From: an uncultured delta proteobacterium
GTDB taxonomy: Bacteria > Myxococcota > UBA727 > VGSZ01
Direction: 5' to 3'
DNA: 64,000 bases
Assembly (NCBI GenBank): GCA_963775425.1
Contig: CAVZJB010000007.1
Location: 1-64,000, forward strand
The position numbers were made by a program, and so were the translations under genes. The notes beneath the pieces were generated by a model. The model did not search any database. It had not been told where the DNA came from and saw only the letters and a program-made list of their open reading frames with translations. Position 1 is the first letter of the stretch. Each line of letters opens with the position of its first letter. This document shows positions 32,863-42,091 of this stretch, one piece after another.

Positions 32863-34607
32863 AGCGAGAAGATCAGGTAGCGCAGGACGAGGTCCTCGGG
32901 GCCGTCGAGGTCGGCGGTGCAGGCGCCGTCGAGGCACGAGAAGCCCGAGTCGCAGTCGGTCTGCTGGGAGCACAGCCGGGAGGCGTCCTGCTCCTGGTGG
33001 AACGACGTGAAGATCACGTGGCCGAGGCCGTCACTGAAGCCGACGGTCATCGGCGTGTTCGGGATGATCTCGCCGGCGTTCACGTGCACCCGCTCGTCCG
33101 CTTGCAAGAACGTCGTCACACCGGGGGCCACCTGGGTCACCACGGCGAAGTTGTCGAACTTGAAGTCGACGTCGACGTTGTCGGCCCCCAGGTACTGCTC
33201 GAGCCCGGGCTCGAGGACGCGCGCGTTGTAGATCTGCTCCCCGGCGCCGTGCTCCGCGGACGAGTTCTCCGTGTCGTCACCGAGGAAGTTGATCTTCTCG
33301 GGCCACACCTGCTCGACGAGGTCGTAGGCCCAGTCGCTCACGTAGAGCGAGCCGCCGCCCTCGACGTATTCGCGCAGGTTCTGCTTCACGTTGGCCGCGA
33401 GGCCGAACTGGAAGTTGCTCTCGTCGGCGCCGCAGTTCACGAACACCGCGTCGTAGGTCTCGAGCGTCTCCTTCACGCCGAACGCGTCCTGCGTCCAGTC
33501 GTCGCTGAAGTCGATGGGGTTGCCCTCCACGAGGTCGGGCTGGATCCCCATGCGATCGAGCACGTGCTCGATGCGGTCGAAGATGCCCTTGACCACGAGG
33601 TATTTGCGGCCGTCGTCGGGGTGCAGCGGCTGGCAGCCGACGCTGGCGGTGAGGTCGACGCCGTCGGGGTTCTGCCCGATCGTCGGCACCTGCACGTTGT
33701 CCCAGACGAACGAGAAGCCGCCCTTCTCCGCGCGCACAGACACGGTGCGGGTGCCGTCGGTGGGGATGCCGGCGATGACGAAGCTGCCGTCGTCGATGGT
33801 CTCGTCCTCGTAGGTGATGCCGTCGATGGCCTGCGTGACGAAGACGTGGGCGCCGGCGAGCGGGCCGCCGGGGTCGCCGGGGTTGTCCGTGCCGCAGAGG
33901 GTGCCGACGATCATGCCCGTGGTGAGCGGATCGTAGGGCTCGCAGGTGATGTCCTGATCCTCGAGGAGCGTCGGCTCGCCGTGGTCGGGGGTGACCTCCT
34001 GCACATCGACGCGAAAGGTCTTCTGAAAGCCCGCGGCGCGCACGTAGACGATCTGCGGGCCGGCGGGGACGCCGTCGAGCTCGAAGGTGCCGTCGTCGGG
34101 GTTGGTGTCGGTCTCGAGCGTGGTGCCGTCCGACAGCAGCACCGTGACGGTGCCGTCGGTGACGTAGTCGCCGGTGTGGCGGTTGCAGATCTGCCCGACG
34201 ATGACGCCCTTGCCCGGCTCCTCCGGCAGGTCGCGGCAGGCGGGGTCGGTGAGCTGAGAGTCCTCGAGCGCCACGACCTCGACGTCGGAGATGTCGTTTT
34301 CGAAGACGTCGGGGACCTTCACGTGCACGTTCACGGTGGTCACGGGGAGGCCGCCCACCTTGAAGAAGCCGTTTTCGTCGGCGCTGACGGTCTTTTCGCC
34401 GTCCTTCTTGGTCTTCGGGTTGGTGAACGACGCCGTGATCTCCGCGCCCGCCGCAGGGATGCCCGTCACCGGGTTACAGACCTGACCCGTGACGCCGCCC
34501 GAAAGGCCGACGACGGTGTCGTCGCGGCAGCCGCTCAGCGCGACCAGGGCCGCGACCATCACGAGCGGGGGACAAGCCCCCGCGCCACGTCCAAGTCCGG
34601 TGAGCAT
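32859..34607 (-). CDS. Lipoprotein with carboxypeptidase-regulatory-like beta-sandwich repeats and GATase-like C-terminal domain
   Basis: Lipobox LSGC, three repeats starting G-x-x-C, AVFVNCG..YVEGGGSLYVSDWAY..VIFTSFH. Confidence 0.65.
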   Translation of the reverse strand: MLTGLGRGAGACPPLVMVAALVALSGCRDDTVVGLSGGVTGQVCNPVTGIPAAGAEITASFTNPKTKKDGEKTVSADENGFFKVGGLPVTTVNVHVKVPDVFENDISDVEVVALEDSQLTDPACRDLPEEPGKGVIVGQICNRHTGDYVTDGTVTVLLSDGTTLETDTNPDDGTFELDGVPAGPQIVYVRAAGFQKTFRVDVQEVTPDHGEPTLLEDQDITCEPYDPLTTGMIVGTLCGTDNPGDPGGPLAGAHVFVTQAIDGITYEDETIDDGSFVIAGIPTDGTRTVSVRAEKGGFSFVWDNVQVPTIGQNPDGVDLTASVGCQPLHPDDGRKYLVVKGIFDRIEHVLDRMGIQPDLVEGNPIDFSDDWTQDAFGVKETLETYDAVFVNCGADESNFQFGLAANVKQNLREYVEGGGSLYVSDWAYDLVEQVWPEKINFLGDDTENSSAEHGAGEQIYNARVLEPGLEQYLGADNVDVDFKFDNFAVVTQVAPGVTTFLQADERVHVNAGEIIPNTPMTVGFSDGLGHVIFTSFHQEQDASRLCSQQTDCDSGFSCLDGACTADLDGPEDLVLRYLIFSL

Positions 34608-34711
34608 CCCGTACCTCCGCACTCTTGAAGTATCCGCGGGATCGACGGCCGCGTGTGTACGCGGTTCGTCCGTGGGTCCCTGTGGGTCGGGGGCGCACGA
34701 TGTGGGCGCGC

Positions 34712-35434
34712 TCAGGGCGCGCACGTCGACACGTCGCCGGCGCCGTTGCCGAAGAACTCGTTGCCGGCGGCCGCGAAGTCCGGGATGGGCGCGCCGGGCT
34801 CGTCGCACGACACGACGATCCCGAAGTTCTCGTTGTCGCGCAGGGTGTTGTTCTCCACCACCGGCGGCGTCGCCGTCGACGAGAGGCCGAACACCCCGAG
34901 GCCCTGGATGCCCCGCTCGATGATCGTGTGCTGCACCTGGGACGGCTGCCCCGACTCCACCGCGAAGACGTTGAGCCCGCCCTCGCCGGCGGCGCCGAAG
35001 CCCGCCGCGAGGCCCGTCTTGGACGTGAACAGGATGGGGGCCTCGGCCGTGCCGAGGGCGTCGACGCGCCCGGCGCGATCGGTGTCGATGCGCGACGCGG
35101 GGTTCAGCCGCACGAGCGCCCCGGCCTCGATGGTGAGCGTGGCGCCGGCGGAGACGGTGATGGTGGCGGGGACGAAGTGCGGCCCGTCGATGCACTGCCA
35201 GGTCTCGTCGGCGTCGATGGTGGCCTTGTCGTGGCTGACCTCGGGCAGCTTCTCGATGCATTGCTCGGCGCAGTCGGCGAGCAGCAGGAAGAACTTGCCG
35301 TCACAGCGCAGGAGCTTCTCGTCCTCACAGACCTCGTTGCCCGCGTCCGCGCAGGGCTGCCCGATGAGCGAGTCGGGTGGGCACGCGCTCATGACGAGCA
35401 CAACCAGGGGAAGCGAGAGCGCGAGGAGCCTCAT
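34712..35434 (-). CDS. Lipoprotein with Cys-rich N-terminus and short right-handed beta-helix
   Basis: Lipobox MSAC, ITVSAGATLTIEAGA..GTAEAPILFTS. Confidence 0.7.
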   Translation of the reverse strand: MRLLALSLPLVVLVMSACPPDSLIGQPCADAGNEVCEDEKLLRCDGKFFLLLADCAEQCIEKLPEVSHDKATIDADETWQCIDGPHFVPATITVSAGATLTIEAGALVRLNPASRIDTDRAGRVDALGTAEAPILFTSKTGLAAGFGAAGEGGLNVFAVESGQPSQVQHTIIERGIQGLGVFGLSSTATPPVVENNTLRDNENFGIVVSCDEPGAPIPDFAAAGNEFFGNGAGDVSTCAP

Positions 35435-35440
35435 GGCGCG

Positions 35441-35446
35441 AGCATA
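35441..35446 (-). promoter_or_regulatory. -10 hexamer TATGCT 6 nt upstream of ATG (putative leaderless)
   Basis: TATGCT-cgcgcc-ATG with no Shine-Dalgarno sequence. Confidence 0.5.
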
Positions 35447-35468
35447 CGAGAGTCGCGGGCGCCGGGTC

Positions 35469-37568
35469 TCACGGGGCGACGCAGGTCTGGACCGTGACGT
35501 TCTGGGCGCCGGGGGCGCTGGCGACGTCGCAGGCGCTGCCGAACAGATCGATGCTGCTCGGGCCGGTGATGTCCCAGCCGTTCTGGCGGCTCGGGTCGCG
35601 GGTGAGGGCCTGCGCGCCGACGCGCACGGTCACCGTGTGGACGGCGTTGAGGTCCACGCCGGGGACCTCGACGTGGCACGCGAGCACCTGCTGCGTGATG
35701 GCGTCGAGGGCGCTCTCGAGCGCCGCCTGGTTGTTGGCGGCGTAGTAGTGCTGCGGGCCGGACAGCGCGGTGCCGCCGCTGTCCGCCATGGCCGAAAGCA
35801 CGCTGTCGAAGGCGGCCACGCCAAGGACGCCGATGACGAACGTCTTCACGCCGAGGTCGCGGATCTGCTGGACCTGCGTGAGCGTGTTGAGGTCGTCGAG
35901 GCAGTTGACGTTCTCGCAGGAGCCGTCGGCGGCGTCGTCGGGGTTGGTGCAGGTGCAGAACTGGCCGTCGAGCGAGGTGTTGCAGTTGGGGCCGCCGTCG
36001 GTGGCGAGCAGCACCGCGAGCGGCCGCGGGTGCGTCGGGTCGTCGCCGTTGAGCGTGTTCTGCACGATGTTGCGCGCGCGCGCCAACGTCACCGCCGTGG
36101 GCGTGCCGCCGCTCGGCGTGGTGTTGTCGAGCTGCGAGCCGATCGACGACGCGTTGTTGGTCCCGAGCCCGAGCACCTGACTGCCCTCGTCACAGACGTC
36201 GACGCCGACGTTGGCGCCGGGGTACAGCATCAGCCCGAACTGCACGCGGCTCTGCAACTGCGTGGTGACGCTCTCGAGCGCGAAGCGCATCGAGTCCCAC
36301 TTCCGGGTGCCGCCGTCGTCGTTCTCCTGCATCGAGCCGGAGCGATCGACGACCAGAAGGATGCGGCCGTCGGACGCGACGTCGGGCTGGTTCTGCACCT
36401 CGTTGCACACGTCCTGCGGCTGCGGGCAGTTGAGCTCCTGGATGAACGCGGTCTGGAACGGCTCGACCACGACGCCCGGGAACGTGCGCTCGAAGCCCGT
36501 CCGGTGCGCGCGCACGCTGTACGTGCCGGGCACGACCTGGTTGAAGTCGAAGCGCCCCTGATCGTCGCTCTGCGTCGTCGACAGCGTCGTGCCCGACGCG
36601 ATGAGGTCGACGGTGCCGACGAAGCGGCCGCCGGCGTCGGTGTCGCAGATCTCGCCCTCGATGCGGCCGACCTCGGGGCGATCGGCGCAGTTGCTCGGGT
36701 CCGTGACCTGCGCGAGCTGACCGGCGACGACGCCGACGTTGATTTGCGAGTAGTGGAACGTGTCCTTGACGACGTCGACCTTGTAGTCGTCCGGCTGCAG
36801 GCCGTTGATCTCGAACTGACCCGAGGTGTCGGTGACATCGGTGAAGACCTCGCCGCCGCTCATCTTCTGGACGCTCACCTGGGCGCCGACGAGGTTGCCG
36901 TTGCCCGAGGCGTCCTCGGGGTCGCAGAAGGAGCCGACGATGCCGCCCTCGGTGGCGCTCACGGGGTTGCAGTCGGCGGCGAGGTCCAGGGTGAAGGTCT
37001 CCCCGGCGACGATGTCGACGGCGAACGCGCGCTGGTAGCCGGCGCCGCGGATCTGCACGACCTGCGGGCCCTCGGGCACACCGTCGAGCTCGAAGTTCCC
37101 GTCCGCATCGGTGGTGGCGACCATCGGGCCGTCGGGGAGCTCGACGATGACCTGCGCGTCGGAGACATAGTCACCCGTGTGGCGGTTGCAGACCTGACCG
37201 ACGAGGTTGCCTCCGCTGCCCGGGGGCGGGCGATCGCGGCAGGCGGTGTCGGTGTTGGTGAAGTTGGTGTCGTCCGGGTTCACGAGCGCGTCAACGGTGC
37301 GCACGACGCCGTCGAGGGTGGCGGTGACCGTGTACGTCCCCTCGGGCACGCGGGTGAAGATGTAGCCGCCGGCGCCGTCGGTGACGGAGTCGCGCGTGAC
37401 CGGCCCGTCGATGTGCACGGCCGCGTTCACGAGGCCGATGCCGCTGTCGGGATCGCAGACGGTCCCCTTGAGATCGCCGGGGATGCCGCCGAGGTTCTCA
37501 CCGCAGTTGCAGCCGTTCACGACGACCGCGGCGAAGGGGGCGAGGAGCAGCGCGCGACGAAGGGACAT
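35469..37568 (-). CDS. Lipoprotein with four carboxypeptidase-regulatory-like repeats and a CglB-like VWA domain
   Basis: Lipobox VNGC, MIDAS DRSGSM, GGTPT, LLATDGGPNC, NCLD. Confidence 0.75.
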   Translation of the reverse strand: MSLRRALLLAPFAAVVVNGCNCGENLGGIPGDLKGTVCDPDSGIGLVNAAVHIDGPVTRDSVTDGAGGYIFTRVPEGTYTVTATLDGVVRTVDALVNPDDTNFTNTDTACRDRPPPGSGGNLVGQVCNRHTGDYVSDAQVIVELPDGPMVATTDADGNFELDGVPEGPQVVQIRGAGYQRAFAVDIVAGETFTLDLAADCNPVSATEGGIVGSFCDPEDASGNGNLVGAQVSVQKMSGGEVFTDVTDTSGQFEINGLQPDDYKVDVVKDTFHYSQINVGVVAGQLAQVTDPSNCADRPEVGRIEGEICDTDAGGRFVGTVDLIASGTTLSTTQSDDQGRFDFNQVVPGTYSVRAHRTGFERTFPGVVVEPFQTAFIQELNCPQPQDVCNEVQNQPDVASDGRILLVVDRSGSMQENDDGGTRKWDSMRFALESVTTQLQSRVQFGLMLYPGANVGVDVCDEGSQVLGLGTNNASSIGSQLDNTTPSGGTPTAVTLARARNIVQNTLNGDDPTHPRPLAVLLATDGGPNCNTSLDGQFCTCTNPDDAADGSCENVNCLDDLNTLTQVQQIRDLGVKTFVIGVLGVAAFDSVLSAMADSGGTALSGPQHYYAANNQAALESALDAITQQVLACHVEVPGVDLNAVHTVTVRVGAQALTRDPSRQNGWDITGPSSIDLFGSACDVASAPGAQNVTVQTCVAP

Positions 37569-37665
37569 GGGGACGCTCCGTGGGCGGCACCCGGACGGGC
37601 CCGCCCCCCGAGTATCGCCGGTCTCGCGGGCGAAACGGCGGCTTCTCCCCCCCCTGACGGATGAC

Positions 37666-38700
37666 TCACCCGACGTAGCGTGCTTGAGGCCGGATCAGGC
37701 GCCCCACCTGGCGCTGTTCTCGCACATGGGCGCACCAGCCAACGATCCGAGAGCACGCGAACACCGACGAGAAGAGCGCTCGATCGATGCCCACCGCCTC
37801 CAGCAGCACCGCTGTGAAAAATTCCACATTCGCCTTCAGCGGCCGCTCGGGGTGCCTGCGCGCGAGCGCCGCTTCGGCCTCGCGCTCGACGGCGCGCGCG
37901 AGCGCCAGCCGCGCCGAGGGATCGCCGGCGAAGCGCTCGAGGGCCTGCTCGAGGACGAACGCGCGCGGATCGCGCACGCGATAGACGCGGTGGCCCATGC
38001 CCATGATGCGGCGGCCGGCGTCGAGCTCGCCCTCGATCCACGCGCGCGCGTTGTCGGGCGTGCCGACGGCGTCGAGCATATCGAGCACGGGCCCCGGCGC
38101 GCCGCCGTGCAGCGGCCCCTTGAGGGCGCCGACGCCGGCGACGAGCGCCGAGCGGAGGTCACTGCCCGTGGACGCCACCACGCGCGCCGCGAACGTCGAC
38201 GCGTTCATCCCGTGATCGACGACGGTGACGAGGTACGTGTCGAGCGCACGCACCGCAGCCGCCGACGGCTCGCGGCCGGTGAGCATCCGCAGCAGATCGT
38301 GCGCGTGGCTCGCCGACGGGTCCGGCGCCGCGCCGCCGGGGTGCGCCCACGCGCCGGCCGTGACGGCGACGAGCCCGACGGCGTCCCACGCGCCGTCGGG
38401 ATCGTCGCGGCCGGGCTGTGCGAGCGCGGCCCGCAAGGCCTCCATGGGCTGGCCGCGCCCCTCGCCGGCGGCGCCGAGGCGGGCGGCATCCCCGCGGGCG
38501 GCGCCCAGGCGGGCGCGGGCTTCGGCGGGGGTGACGTCGAGGAAGAGGGCGCAGACGTCCTCGAAGCTCGACGAAGGAGCGAGGTCCTCGACGGAGCGCC
38601 CGCGCAGAATCAAGCGACCGGCGGCGCCGTCGACGTCGGAGAGCGCGGTCTCGGCGACGACGACGCCTTCGAGACCGCTGCTGGTGGGGATGCCTGCCAT
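37666..38700 (-). CDS. Citrate synthase / methylcitrate synthase family
   Basis: SGLEGVV, DHGMNASTF, GPLHGGA, GMGHRVY, DPRA, NVEFF. GGAGG SD upstream. Confidence 0.88.
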   Translation of the reverse strand: MAGIPTSSGLEGVVVAETALSDVDGAAGRLILRGRSVEDLAPSSSFEDVCALFLDVTPAEARARLGAARGDAARLGAAGEGRGQPMEALRAALAQPGRDDPDGAWDAVGLVAVTAGAWAHPGGAAPDPSASHAHDLLRMLTGREPSAAAVRALDTYLVTVVDHGMNASTFAARVVASTGSDLRSALVAGVGALKGPLHGGAPGPVLDMLDAVGTPDNARAWIEGELDAGRRIMGMGHRVYRVRDPRAFVLEQALERFAGDPSARLALARAVEREAEAALARRHPERPLKANVEFFTAVLLEAVGIDRALFSSVFACSRIVGWCAHVREQRQVGRLIRPQARYVG

Positions 38701-38738
38701 GAAATCCTCCCGGGCGATTTTGAGAGAGCATCACAAGC

Positions 38739-38772
38739 TTTACATGACTATGCAATGTTGATAGATAGTAAA
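38739..38772. promoter_or_regulatory. AT-rich imperfect dyad between the divergent citrate synthase genes, candidate operator
   Basis: TTTAC..CTAT.CAA / TTG ATAG..GTAAA inverted symmetry in a conspicuously AT-rich stretch. Confidence 0.4.
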
Positions 38773-38850
38773 TGTTTAAGGGAACGCGCGTAAGCTGATC
38801 TCGGGCCCTTGACGCCCGTGCTGTCGAACGCGCTCGAGGAGGGTCACGGG

Positions 38851-40245
38851 ATGGGCGACCAGCAGGGCAGCAAGGGCAGCAAGGCCAGTAGGAGCAGCAA
38901 GGCGTTGGCGGGGCTCGTCGCGGATGACCTCGCGGCGCGCGTGCTCCTCCAGCCCGGCGCGACGCTCGAGGCCGCCCTGCGCGCGGCAGGGGAGGAGGTG
39001 GAGCCCGCCCTCGCCGCGCTGTCGCCGCGGTGGAGCGCGCTCCTCACGGCGCGCGGCAAGCTCCGAGACCGTCCGCCCGAGCTGGTCCCGGTCCGGACCG
39101 GGGGCGAGGAGCGCGCGGCGTTCGGGGAGACGCTGAGCGCGGGCGAGGCCGCGGCGCTCCTCGGCATCAAGAAGCAGACGCTCTACGTGTACGTGAGTCG
39201 GGGGCTGCTGCGGTCGGCGCGCGTGCGCGGCGGCACCGCGCGCCGCTACCTGCGCGACGACGTGATGCGCTTGAAGGCGCGCAGCGACGTGCGCGCGGGG
39301 CGCCCGCTCTCCGCAGTCGGGGCGCTCCACTACGGCGCGCCGGTGATCGACTCGACGATCACGCTCATCGACACCGAGCGCGGCCCCGTGTACCGCGGAC
39401 ACGAGGCCACGGCGCTGGCGCGGCGAGGCGTGAGCGCCGAGCAGGTCGCGCGCCTGTTGTGGACCGGCGCGCTCCCCCCGGAGCCCGTGCGCTTTCGCTC
39501 ACTCCACCCGCGCGTGCCGAGGATGAAGCTCGTCGAAGACGCGCCCACGCCGCTGGCGCGCATCGAGGCGGCCCTGTTCTTCCTCGGGCGCTCCCTGCCC
39601 CGCTACGCGGTGCCGGACGAGACCAAGATCGCGGAGGACGTCCTGCAGACCGTGCGCGACGTCGTCGGCGTCGGGCACCCGGCGGCGGACGCGGTGCTCG
39701 CCGACCACGAGCTCAACCCGTCGACGTTCGCCGCGCGCGTGGCCGCGTCGACGGGGGCGAGCCTCATCGCGTGCCTGCAGGCGGCTGTGGCCACCTTCAG
39801 CGGGCCGCGCCATGGCGGCGCCTGCGATCGCATCGAGGCGCTGCTCGACGAGATCGGGCGCCCGGGGCGCGCGCGCGACGTGGTGAAGGGGCGGCTCGCG
39901 CGCGGCGACGACGTGCCGGGCTTCTTCGCCGGCATCTACACCACCACCGATCCCCGTTCGGCGGTGCTGCTCGAGCAGGCCGAGGCGAAACGTCCGGGAG
40001 CGCACGCGGCGCACGCGCTCATCGCGGCCATGAAGGAGATCGGCGGGCCGCAGGCGCCGGGGCCGTCGGTGGACCTGGCGCTCGTCGCGCTCGCGCGCGG
40101 CGCCGGTTGGCCCCGCGGCGTGGCCACGGCGGTGTTCGCGGCGGCGCGGATGAGCGGGTGGATCGCCCACGTGCTCGAGCAGCGCGGCAGCGCCGACGTG
40201 CTGCGCCCGCGCGCGCGCTTCACCGGGAGCCGTGACGGCGCTTGA
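38851..40245 (+). CDS. HTH (MerR/excisionase-type)-citrate synthase-like fusion, probable regulator
   Basis: LSAGEAAALLGIKKQTLYVYVSRGLL, then DHELNPSTF, GPRHGGA, SVDLAL. Start position uncertain. Confidence 0.8.
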   Translation: MGDQQGSKGSKASRSSKALAGLVADDLAARVLLQPGATLEAALRAAGEEVEPALAALSPRWSALLTARGKLRDRPPELVPVRTGGEERAAFGETLSAGEAAALLGIKKQTLYVYVSRGLLRSARVRGGTARRYLRDDVMRLKARSDVRAGRPLSAVGALHYGAPVIDSTITLIDTERGPVYRGHEATALARRGVSAEQVARLLWTGALPPEPVRFRSLHPRVPRMKLVEDAPTPLARIEAALFFLGRSLPRYAVPDETKIAEDVLQTVRDVVGVGHPAADAVLADHELNPSTFAARVAASTGASLIACLQAAVATFSGPRHGGACDRIEALLDEIGRPGRARDVVKGRLARGDDVPGFFAGIYTTTDPRSAVLLEQAEAKRPGAHAAHALIAAMKEIGGPQAPGPSVDLALVALARGAGWPRGVATAVFAAARMSGWIAHVLEQRGSADVLRPRARFTGSRDGA

Positions 40246-41152
40246 GGGCCTCGAGCTCGTCGAGGGTCTTCGGCCAGTCCCGCTTCATCAGGCGTGACAG
40301 CGCGCGGTCGGCGAGCAGCTTCCCGCCCGTCTGGCACGTCGCGCAGTAGTTCGTCTCGTTGTCCGCGTAGGCGATGCGCTGGACCGGCGCGCCGCACACC
40401 GGGCACGGCTTGCCTGCCCTGCCGTGCACCGCCATCTCGGGCCGAAACGCGGTGACCTTCTCCGGCAGCGGCTTGCCCGGGTCGTCCCGGCGCAGCCTGT
40501 CGGTCCACTCGATGAGGACCGCGCGCACGGCGTCGAAGAGGCTGCGCAGCGCGGCCTCTTCGAGGGACGTGCTCATCGCCACCGGCGACAGACGCGCGCG
40601 GTGGAGGATCTCGTCCGAGTACGCGTTGCCGATGCCGGAGAAGGTGCGCGGGTCGGTGAGCGACCGCTTGAGGGTGTGGCGCTCGGCCACGAGCGCGTCG
40701 CGGAATTCCTCGAACGAGCAGGTGAGCACCTCGACGCCACCGGGGTCGTGCTCGGCGAGCGCCTCCTCCCCGCGAACCAGGTACAGCGACGCGCGCTTCT
40801 TCTGGCTCGCCTCGGTGAGCGTGAGCGTGCCGGCGGCCCGGTCGTCGTCGTCGGCAAAATCGAACGCGGCGACGCCGATCTTGCCGGGGATCCTCGCGCC
40901 CGGCTCCCGCCACTGCAGGCGGCCGGCGATCATCAAGTGGAGGACGACGAAGAGCTCGCCTTCGAGCGCAAAGACGATCCGCTTGCCGAGCCGGCGCACC
41001 CCCAACACCCGCCGCCCGACCACCTCTGCGATCGGTGGGTCCACGCTGCGGAGCAGGAACGGCGAGGCGAGCCGGATACCCGACACGACCAAGCCGCCCG
41101 CGAGCCTCTCCAGGCGTTCCACGTACACCGTGATGTCCGGTAGCTCCGGCAT
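40220..41152 (-). CDS. Fpg/Nei family DNA glycosylase
   Basis: MPELPD, HLMIAG, GIGNAYSDEIL, CPVCG..YCATCQ zinc finger. Confidence 0.9.
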   Translation of the reverse strand: MPELPDITVYVERLERLAGGLVVSGIRLASPFLLRSVDPPIAEVVGRRVLGVRRLGKRIVFALEGELFVVLHLMIAGRLQWREPGARIPGKIGVAAFDFADDDDRAAGTLTLTEASQKKRASLYLVRGEEALAEHDPGGVEVLTCSFEEFRDALVAERHTLKRSLTDPRTFSGIGNAYSDEILHRARLSPVAMSTSLEEAALRSLFDAVRAVLIEWTDRLRRDDPGKPLPEKVTAFRPEMAVHGRAGKPCPVCGAPVQRIAYADNETNYCATCQTGGKLLADRALSRLMKRDWPKTLDELEALKRRHGSR

Positions 41153-41219
41153 GCCCCTCCTCACCCCCGGCCACCGTGTTTCTTGCATAAGCGCCGTTCG
41201 CAGACGACCATGGCCGCGC

Positions 41220-42042
41220 ATGCCCCCTGCCCGCGCCAACAAGCGGAGATACGTCCGCACCCGGGCGCAGAACCTTGTCGCCCACCTGCGCGTGGGTGAT
41301 CGCCTGATCCAGGCGCCCGTCGATGACATCTCGATGGGCGGGATGCTCGCCCGCACGCAGGAGTCCATCGCCATCGGCACCGCCGTGATGTTCGACCTCG
41401 CGCGGCCGGGCCTGAAGAAGCCGCTGCGGCTTTTGGGCGTCGTGGTCGACACCCGCGTCGGCCGCGGCCTCGGCATCCGCTTCGACGGGCTCGATCGCGA
41501 CGCCGGCGATCGCCTCGGCGAGCTCATCAAGGACCTCGGCGGCATGACGTCGTCGCTGCTCGTCGACCGGCCTGACAATCCTCCGCACGCCCCCGCCGTG
41601 GCAAAGGCGCCGACGCCGATGCCCACGCCGGCCGCGACGCCGCCAGCGTCTCCGGCGCCGGCGGCCTTCAACCGCACGGGGCTCACCGGCACCTTCTCGG
41701 CTCCTCCCGGCGCGGGCTCGACGGAGCTCGAGCTCAAGCTCCAGGCGCAGATGCGCTCGATGGTGATGGAGCTCGGCCGCCTCCAGGAGCTGGTGCAGCA
41801 GCGGGAGAAGGAGCTTCACGACGCGCGCTCCGAGATTCGAACGGCTGCGGGCGGAGACCGCCTCCGGCGACGCGGCGCAACGCGTCGTGGGCAAGCTCGA
41901 GATCGAGAAGAACAAGCTCGAGGCGCAGGTGGCAGACGTGCGCTCGCGCATCAAGGTCGACGCCGACATCGTCCAACGCGAGGCCGAGCAAGCAGTCGCC
42001 GCGATGGGGCGCATGCTCGAAGCCGTCAAGCGCCTCAAGTGA
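41220..42042 (+). CDS. PilZ-domain protein with C-terminal coiled coil, frameshifted near 41836
   Basis: KRRYVR and DISMGG c-di-GMP motifs. Removing one T near 41836 extends the coiled coil to TGA at 42042. Confidence 0.75.
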
Positions 42043-42074
42043 GGGGTTGACACCCCGGACGTCGACGGGAGACT
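42043..42074 (+). promoter_or_regulatory. Candidate sigma70 promoter for mmsA (TTGACA-16 nt-GAGACT) inside a GGGGT-TGAC-ACCCC inverted repeat
   Basis: Perfect -35 at 42047-42052. GGAGG SD before ATG 42092. Confidence 0.4.
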
Positions 42075-42091
42075 CGCGGGTGGAGGTCTCC

